A program made the position numbers and the translations under genes. The notes beneath the pieces were generated by a model. That model ran no database searches. It saw only the letters and a list, made by a program, of their open reading frames with translations, and had not been told where the DNA came from. A stretch of 23,654 nucleotides of DNA from an uncultured bacterium. Lineage in GTDB: Bacteria > DYJV01. Positions 16,285 to 23,654 of this stretch are shown piece by piece. The stretch lies in contig CAZIZE010000101.1 in assembly GCA_964543655.1 (NCBI GenBank), positions 1-23,654 on the forward strand, given 5' to 3'. Position 1 is the stretch's first letter; every line of letters begins with the position of its first letter.

Positions 16285-17307
16285 TTATGATATAAAAACA
16301 TCTCTGTATATTGAGTAGTTTTCAAGAGCAATCCCTGTGCCTTTTGCAACATCTGTAAGAGGAGATTCTGTAACTTCCACCTTTAATCCAGTTTCTTTAG
16401 AAATAAGCTTATCAAGACCCTTTAAAAGTGCTCCACCACCAGTGAGAAAAACTCCCTTATCATAAATATCTGCTGAAAGCTCTGGTGGTGTTTTTTCAAG
16501 AGCTCTTCTAACAGATTTAACTATTTCATTAACTGGTTCTTTTAAAGCTTCCCTAATCTCTTCTGATGTAACAGTGATGTTACGTGGAATTCCTGTAACC
16601 ATATCTCTTCCAGCAACATCATATGTAAGCTCCTCTTCAAGTGGATAGGCGCATCCTATTGCTATTTTAACAAGTTCTGCACTATTTTCACCAACAAAGA
16701 GATTGTATTTCTTTTTTAAATAATCCATAATTGCTTCATTAGCCTCATCACCGGCAATTCTTACTGATTCGCTGTATGCAACAGATGATAAACTAATAAC
16801 TGCAACTTCTGTTGTCCCACCACCTATATCAACAATTAGATTACCTGAAGGAGCAGTAATATCAAGACCAGCACCAATAGCAGCAGCCATTGGCTCTTCT
16901 ATTAATAGAATTTCTCTACCACCTGCCTGTAACCCTGAATCTATAACAGCCTTTTTCTCCACCTGAGTAATCCCAGCTGGAACACATACAGCAATCTTGG
17001 GCTTAATCAATCTTTTCCTTTTTAAAACTTTTAAAATGAAATATTTAATCATCTCCTTGGTTGTCTCAAAATCAGAAATAACTCCATCTTTTAATGGCCT
17101 GATAACCTCCATGTGAGGTGGAGTTTTGCCCATCATCTGTTTAGCTGCAAGCCCAACATATAAAACCTTGTTGCTGTTCTTATCAAGAACAACCACAGTA
17201 GGCTCATTTAAAACAATTCCCTCGCCCTTTAAATAAAAAAGTGTATTGGCTGTCCCCAAATCTATAGCTACATCTTTAGACAAGAAACTAAAAATTTTGC
17301 TTAACAT
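16285..17307 (-). CDS. mreB: Rod shape-determining protein MreB (paralogue, no adjacent mreC/mreD)
   Basis: AIDLGTANT, RPLKDGVI, EEPMAAAIGAG, DIGGGTTE, TGGGALL. GGAG SD favours ATG17307. Confidence 0.93.
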   Translation of the reverse strand: MLSKIFSFLSKDVAIDLGTANTLFYLKGEGIVLNEPTVVVLDKNSNKVLYVGLAAKQMMGKTPPHMEVIRPLKDGVISDFETTKEMIKYFILKVLKRKRLIKPKIAVCVPAGITQVEKKAVIDSGLQAGGREILLIEEPMAAAIGAGLDITAPSGNLIVDIGGGTTEVAVISLSSVAYSESVRIAGDEANEAIMDYLKKKYNLFVGENSAELVKIAIGCAYPLEEELTYDVAGRDMVTGIPRNITVTSEEIREALKEPVNEIVKSVRRALEKTPPELSADIYDKGVFLTGGGALLKGLDKLISKETGLKVEVTESPLTDVAKGTGIALENYSIYRDVFIS

Positions 17308-17308
17308 T

Positions 17309-18679
17309 TTAAACTCCATAAGAATTTGTTAATATTTTTATTTTACTTTTTTCTAAATTTTTAAATATTGTTAAGTTAAGGTCAAGGTTAATTTCAAGGT
17401 TGTCAATTTTAATAAATCTGTTTTTAAAACTTTTTTCAACAATTAAAAGCTTCCTGTCAATATTATAATTACTGTTATCAAATATTATACCTACACTATT
17501 TAGGGAAAAAAATCCAGCTAAAGAATTATCTTCTAAAATTTTATCTATACTTTTTTTTAAAAATTTGTAACTTTTTAATACATAATCAATATGGTATCTA
17601 TTTAAAATTTGTGAAAATTTTTGATTTTTAATAAGTATTAAACCTTTATTTTTAAATGTTGTATTTTTAATTATTTCATAAAAGTAACAATCTCTAATAA
17701 AACCTGAAATTGGTTCTATTTTAATAATAAAATCAAGATGCTCCTTTGCTATCTGCTCATAAACAATTGAGTGAAATATATCGTAACAAAAAGTGTAAAA
17801 TTTAGCAAAATCGATTTTTTCCTTAAAATTGAAAAAAATAAGTGCAGAGAAAACATTTCTACCTGATAAAAATGGGAAATATAAATAATTTTTTATACTG
17901 TTCTTTCTTAAATTTTCATTTTTATAAAAGAAAATAGAATTATTTTTTATAGATTCAACATAATTAAAATGTCTAATATTTTTTCGTAACAAAGTGCCAA
18001 CAATATTATCTTCAACTATAAGGTTTCTACCATTTAAAGATTTGAGGTTGCTGTTGTTAGTAGCTATAATTCTGTAGGTTTTATCAAAGTTATTCTTTAC
18101 AAGGCAAGCAAATTCAAAATTTAATAACTCTGATAATCTCTCCATTAAAGAGTTTATATCTATATTTTCTGAAATTAATTTATCAATTTCAAACCTTAAT
18201 TTTTTGGCAAAATCGTAATAGTTAAGAGTAAGTTTTATCTCTTTTGCAGCTTCTTCAATATTTAAAAGGTGTGAAACAATTTTAGCACAGTGTATAAGCA
18301 ACTTCTGATGCTTTTCAGCTAAGGTATAACTTTTTTTTGTATCAACATAAAGAATACCTTTAAAATTATCAACTGGTACAGCAAAGAGAAGTTTTATATT
18401 TTCTTTTTTTTTATATATGTCTATAAAAATCTTGTAAATGCTCTCTGTATTATCTTTTAATGGAAGAGGTTTTTTTAAATCTTTTATCCAGAATTTTAAA
18501 TTCTTGTCTATTTTAAATGTATAATTTGGCTTTACATTGTTACTTAATGAATAGTAATAGGCTAATTTTACTTCACTTTTATCCTCATTGTATATAAAAA
18601 GGGCTGTTGTGTAAGTTTCAAAGATATTTGAAATAAGAGCTATAAAATCTTGAAACTCCTTTTTTACTCTAATTGCCAC
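17309..18679 (-). CDS. GAF-domain protein, probably GAF-GAF-degenerate GGDEF
   Basis: N-terminal GAF-like strands (YTTALF, LFAVPV..KGILYVDTKKSY). C-terminal IEPISGFIRDCYF resembles DxLTGxxNRxxF, and LAGFFSLNSVGIIF replaces RxGGDEF. Confidence 0.6.
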   Translation of the reverse strand: MAIRVKKEFQDFIALISNIFETYTTALFIYNEDKSEVKLAYYYSLSNNVKPNYTFKIDKNLKFWIKDLKKPLPLKDNTESIYKIFIDIYKKKENIKLLFAVPVDNFKGILYVDTKKSYTLAEKHQKLLIHCAKIVSHLLNIEEAAKEIKLTLNYYDFAKKLRFEIDKLISENIDINSLMERLSELLNFEFACLVKNNFDKTYRIIATNNSNLKSLNGRNLIVEDNIVGTLLRKNIRHFNYVESIKNNSIFFYKNENLRKNSIKNYLYFPFLSGRNVFSALIFFNFKEKIDFAKFYTFCYDIFHSIVYEQIAKEHLDFIIKIEPISGFIRDCYFYEIIKNTTFKNKGLILIKNQKFSQILNRYHIDYVLKSYKFLKKSIDKILEDNSLAGFFSLNSVGIIFDNSNYNIDRKLLIVEKSFKNRFIKIDNLEINLDLNLTIFKNLEKSKIKILTNSYGV

Positions 18680-19991
18680 TTATGGTTAATCCTTCAACTA
18701 AAATTGATGGTGTAATTAAAGATCCGCTAACCTTTGAGTCATTATATACCATTTTGCAGTTTTTTAAAATATCTTTAATATTGCCACTAACCACAAACTC
18801 TTTTACTGGTTTTGTAAGCTCGCCATTTTCAATTAGTATCCCTTCAGCACCAAGAGAGAAATCACCTGAAATTGCATCAGCCATATGTAAGCCCATTAAT
18901 GTTGTTAAAAAAATTCCACTGCTTAATGATTTGATACCTTCCTGCAAACTCATTTTCCCTTTTGAAAGAATAAGGTTGCTGTAAGTAATTGATTGGAAAG
19001 ACTTAAAATTTGGCAGAAAACTATTGCCAGCAAAGTTGCTGTTTCTCTTTTTTGCATAATATAAGTTGTAAAGATGGTTGTTTAAAATACCTTTATTAAT
19101 TAAAACTTTTTTAGAGGTAGGTACTCCTTCATCATCAAATTTTGCTGCTCCAATGTAATTTTTATTAGTTGCATCATCAATTAAAGTTAAATTCTTTGAA
19201 GCAATAGTTTCTCCAATTCTATATTTAGAAAAGAGAGATTTATTTTTTTCAATATTTTCAATATAAAATGAAGGTGCTATAATTGTAAATAAATCAGCAA
19301 CTAATTCATTTTCTATAATAATTGGGTAATTGGCGCTTTTTGCTTTTGAAGCATTTAACATTCTAACAGCTTTAAAACCAGCATTCTCAGCTATCTTTTT
19401 ACTATCAACAGAGTCATTTTTAGTAATAAAATGCTCATATCCTGTCATCTGACTGCTATTTTCTTTTGCAACAACCACAACAGCTCCACCAGTATAGTTT
19501 GTAGCATACTCTTTATCTATGCCATTTGAGTTAATATACCTTACATTGACTGAACCTTTGAAGCATTGGGCTTCATTTACTATATTTATCCTTCTGTCAA
19601 ATTTGTAAGCATATTCTTCTATTAACAATGCTTTTTCAAGTTGCTGCTCTATTGAAATATTCTCAATTTTTTTATTTAAAAGATTTTTTATGCTATTTTC
19701 TGGAAACTCATTATTGTAAAAAGAATTTAATGGGTCAGGTGTATTATAGGAAGATAACTCAACTGCTCTGTTAACTATTTTATCTAAATCTGATTCATTT
19801 GAAGTAAAATAAGTAAGTCCAACTTTTTTATCTTTAATTATTTTAAGGGTATATGTAGTTTCTGAAGAGCTTTTAAGATTCTCCATGTTGCCATTTTTCA
19901 CTATAACAACAGTTTTACGATTTTGCTTAACAATTAATTCATAATTATTTATACCATTTTCTTTTAATTTTTTTATAACAGGCTCAATCAT
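18669..19991 (-). CDS. pmbA: TldD/PmbA family protein, PmbA (TldE) type
   Basis: FDDEGVPT, GLHMADAISGDFS, IENGELTKPV, SGNIKDIL, PSILV; no HExxxH zinc motif seen. Confidence 0.85.
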   Translation of the reverse strand: MIEPVIKKLKENGINNYELIVKQNRKTVVIVKNGNMENLKSSSETTYTLKIIKDKKVGLTYFTSNESDLDKIVNRAVELSSYNTPDPLNSFYNNEFPENSIKNLLNKKIENISIEQQLEKALLIEEYAYKFDRRINIVNEAQCFKGSVNVRYINSNGIDKEYATNYTGGAVVVVAKENSSQMTGYEHFITKNDSVDSKKIAENAGFKAVRMLNASKAKSANYPIIIENELVADLFTIIAPSFYIENIEKNKSLFSKYRIGETIASKNLTLIDDATNKNYIGAAKFDDEGVPTSKKVLINKGILNNHLYNLYYAKKRNSNFAGNSFLPNFKSFQSITYSNLILSKGKMSLQEGIKSLSSGIFLTTLMGLHMADAISGDFSLGAEGILIENGELTKPVKEFVVSGNIKDILKNCKMVYNDSKVSGSLITPSILVEGLTISGN

Positions 19992-20003
19992 ATAGCTCCC
20001 TTT

Positions 20004-20807
20004 TTAATTATCTATCAATTTATCAATATACTCATTGAAACTCTTTTCATCTCTAATTGCTTTTGCATATCTATCTATTTCAGCTGCATCACTTGAATAA
20101 TATCCATAACATGATGTTGGATATGCACCTTTTGGCACTTCTACTACTTTGTCCACATAGAAGTATGGAATAGTTGTAAGCTCTGGATTTTCTCTAATTT
20201 CTTCATGTGGGATTATCTTCTCCACAGTAACAATAGCTTTGTTAGCTGCTTTAACCATAAGCTCATCTTCAAATCTTGTGCCCCTAATTCTAACATTTCC
20301 ATATTCATCTGCTTCCTGAGCATGAATTATTGCAACATCAGGATTAATTCCAGGAACAGCAACTAATTTTTCACCTGTAAGAGGACATTTTATTTCTTTA
20401 AAATCATCTCTAACTTTAAATAGATCTGAACCAAAGATACCTTTAATAGGTATAAAGGGAATTCCCATTGCACCAGCTCTGAAACCAGAAATAACAGAGC
20501 CACAGGTATGTTCCAAAAACTCTATTTCACCAGATTCCACTTTTTTTCTAAAATTGAGAGCAAGGCCAAATTCTTCAAGGCCAATATAAGCAGCAGATAC
20601 TTTAGTGGCAATTCCAGCTCCAATTAGTATATCAAAGTCAATACCTTTTTCCCTTCCAATTATGTAGAGATTTTTTTTCTTTTGTCTGATAATTTCAACA
20701 ACTGCTTTAAATGGAACTTTATTTCTCCCGACTCCTCCAAGTGCTACACAATCTCCATTTTTAATAATAGAAATAGCTTCTGATAAGGTTGTAAGTTTTT
20801 TCTGCAT
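20004..20807 (-). CDS. Family I CoA-transferase subunit A (glutaconate CoA-transferase GctA-like)
   Basis: IKNGDCVALGG, RAGAMGIPFIP..GIFGSD, CPLTGE, PDVAIIHAQEADEYGN, VVEVPKGAYPTSC. SD GGAGG before ATG20807. Confidence 0.88.
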   Translation of the reverse strand: MQKKLTTLSEAISIIKNGDCVALGGVGRNKVPFKAVVEIIRQKKKNLYIIGREKGIDFDILIGAGIATKVSAAYIGLEEFGLALNFRKKVESGEIEFLEHTCGSVISGFRAGAMGIPFIPIKGIFGSDLFKVRDDFKEIKCPLTGEKLVAVPGINPDVAIIHAQEADEYGNVRIRGTRFEDELMVKAANKAIVTVEKIIPHEEIRENPELTTIPYFYVDKVVEVPKGAYPTSCYGYYSSDAAEIDRYAKAIRDEKSFNEYIDKLIDN

Positions 20808-20842
20808 GGTAATCTCCTCCATAAAAACTAATAAATTAATTT

Positions 20843-20871
20843 AGAATAAGCTATTATATAAGATAAATCAA
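20843..20871 (-). promoter_or_regulatory. Putative promoter of the CoA-transferase to era operon
   Basis: TTGATT (20871-20866), 17 bp spacer, TATTCT (20848-20843). Confidence 0.45.
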
Positions 20872-20916
20872 GAAAAATCTTTAGATGTGAAATTAAATTT
20901 TTATGCATAAATTTTT

Positions 20917-20944
20917 AAAAGAGCAGGCATTATTATGCCTGCCC
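20917..20944 (-). terminator. Intrinsic terminator after nfnB
   Basis: GGGCAGGCAT-AATA-ATGCCTGCTC then TTTT on the minus strand. Confidence 0.75.
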
Positions 20945-20972
20945 AAAAATATTTTAGAAAAGAAAATCTTGG

Positions 20973-22382
<1,410 letters not shown>

Positions 22383-22408
22383 TTAATAATTCCTCCTTTA
22401 AGAGATAA

Positions 22409-23266
22409 TTACGAATTACATGTGCAGTTTTCACCACATGATTGTAAAAATTTATTGTATGATAGCTGCTCTTGCTGCTTATAAATAGACATTCTTTGCA
22501 TTAATTCGTCAAAATCTACCTGATGTCCATCAAATTCTGGACCATCAACACAAACAAACCTTGTTTCTCCACCAACTGTAACCCTGCATGCACCACACAT
22601 GCCAGTAGCATCAACCATTATAGGATTTAAACTAACAAGGGTTTTTACTCCAAAAGGCTCAGTTGTTTTACACAAAAACTTCATCATAATAGTGGGCCCT
22701 ATTGCAATAACAAGCTCAATATCTTTGTCCTGCTCAAGCAATTCTTTTAATGGCTCAGTAACAAATCCTTTTCTGCCATAACTTCCATCATCAGTGCAAA
22801 CAATTAGTTCATTACTTAAATTCCTCATTTTATCTTCCCAAAAGAGAAGCTCCTTAGTTCTTGCACCAATAATTGAGATTAAGTGGATACCTGCTTCTTT
22901 AATACCCATTGCAATATGGTGTATTGGTGCAACTCCAACACCACCACCTACACATACAATCTTTTTAGGATTGCCAAAATGTGTTGGTTTGCCAAGAGGT
23001 CCAACAAAATCTTTTAAATAATCCCCTTTGTTCATTCTTGCTAATTGTGCAGTTGTTTTTCCAACTTCTTGAAAGACAATTGTAACAGTGCCTTTTTCTG
23101 GATCTTTGTCTGCCACAGTTAATGGAATCCTTTCTCCCCTATCATCAATTCTAATAACAACAAATTGTCCAGATTTGGCTTTCCGAGCTACTTTAGGTGC
23201 ATCAATAATAAATTTTGTAACTCGAGGATTGGTAGAAAATACTTCTTTTTCAAGTATTTTAAACAA
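22409..23266 (-). CDS. nfnA: NfnA/SudB small subunit (FAD/NAD-binding, [2Fe-2S]); 285 aa from TTG
   Basis: GQFV, GERIPLT, GPLGKP, GGGVGVA, TDDGSYG, MVDATGMCGACRV...CVDGPEFDGH. TTG23266 preceded by AAGGAGAGG. Confidence 0.9.
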   Translation of the reverse strand: MFKILEKEVFSTNPRVTKFIIDAPKVARKAKSGQFVVIRIDDRGERIPLTVADKDPEKGTVTIVFQEVGKTTAQLARMNKGDYLKDFVGPLGKPTHFGNPKKIVCVGGGVGVAPIHHIAMGIKEAGIHLISIIGARTKELLFWEDKMRNLSNELIVCTDDGSYGRKGFVTEPLKELLEQDKDIELVIAIGPTIMMKFLCKTTEPFGVKTLVSLNPIMVDATGMCGACRVTVGGETRFVCVDGPEFDGHQVDFDELMQRMSIYKQQEQLSYNKFLQSCGENCTCNS

Positions 23267-23298
23267 TTTTCCTCTCCTTTCTTTTGAATTTGCATAGC

Positions 23299-23326
23299 AG
23301 TATACAAAATTTTTTATTTTTGTCAA
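23299..23326 (-). promoter_or_regulatory. Putative sigma70 promoter of nfnAB
   Basis: TTGACA (23326-23321), 16 bp spacer, TATACT (23304-23299). Confidence 0.65.
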
Positions 23327-23417
23327 GGAATAATATTTTAATTAATTAAATTTTTAACTTGCTTATGTTTTATAATGAGAAGAGGGCAGGAATTTAATTA
23401 GTAATAAAAAATTTTAT

Positions 23418-23463
23418 AAAGAAAATATCAAATGAAACTCTAAAATCAGAGTTTCATTTGATA
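23418..23463 (-). terminator. Long perfect hairpin / terminator after the partial CDS
   Basis: 16-bp perfect inverted repeat TATCAAATGAAACTCT (23426-23441) / AGAGTTTCATTTGATA (23448-23463), followed by TTTTCTTT on the minus strand. Confidence 0.7.
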
Positions 23464-23482
23464 AAAATTAAATTTTTAAGTG

Positions 23483-23653
23483 TTAATCTGCTGGTATATT
23501 TAATATATTTTGCACATAATAATCTGAGTTTACATATTCAAGGTTAATTTTATAAGGTTTAAAAGCTTTATACTGTATTGTCCCTCTCAGGTATGAAGCA
23601 GATACTGATTGACCAAAATTAGAAGTAATTTTACTTACATTTCCTGTTACTGG
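23483..23653 (-). CDS. 3' end of a hypothetical protein entering from outside the window
   Basis: Open frame from the window edge: PVTGNVSKITSNFGQSVSASYLRGTIQYKAFKPYKINLEYVNSDYYVQNILNIPAD*, followed by a terminator-like hairpin. Confidence 0.7.
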   Translation of the reverse strand, partial: PVTGNVSKITSNFGQSVSASYLRGTIQYKAFKPYKINLEYVNSDYYVQNILNIPAD

Positions 23654-23654
23654 A

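Noticed and set aside
10719..18984. Short opposite-strand ORFs (10719, 11262, 13728, 14737, 14957, 15903, 18673)
   Set aside because: Fully nested antisense to confident genes
23267..23326. 20-codon N-terminal extension of NfnA in the ORF track
   Set aside because: Its TTG is the -35 box (TTGACA); the SD points to TTG23266

Overview
AT-rich bacterial chromosomal segment. Gene content suggests an anaerobe related to Desulfobacterota/Deferribacterota (inference only). No mobile element or CRISPR array was found. Left (+ strand): divergent from a partial speD lies an operon of a GntR-family regulator (apparently leaderless), two-subunit ATP-dependent hydantoinase/5-oxoprolinase (A+B) and a DctPQM TRAP transporter whose binding protein resembles the pyroglutamate-binding DctP6/7 type. 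I read this as a probable 5-oxoproline/lactam scavenging module. It is followed by an orphan secreted protein, an LhgO-like FAD oxidoreductase and a radical SAM enzyme. Right (- strand): partial unknown CDS, nfnA-nfnB (electron-bifurcating transhydrogenase), a mixed operon (lone CoA-transferase alpha subunit, PmbA/TldE, GAF/degenerate-GGDEF protein, MreB paralogue without mreCD, lone cobM, era), tRNA-Ile2(CAU), and nif3 / C4 zinc-ribbon / RNase HI. Several start codons in the ORF track are revised using SD and promoter positions, including a likely ATA start for dctM.
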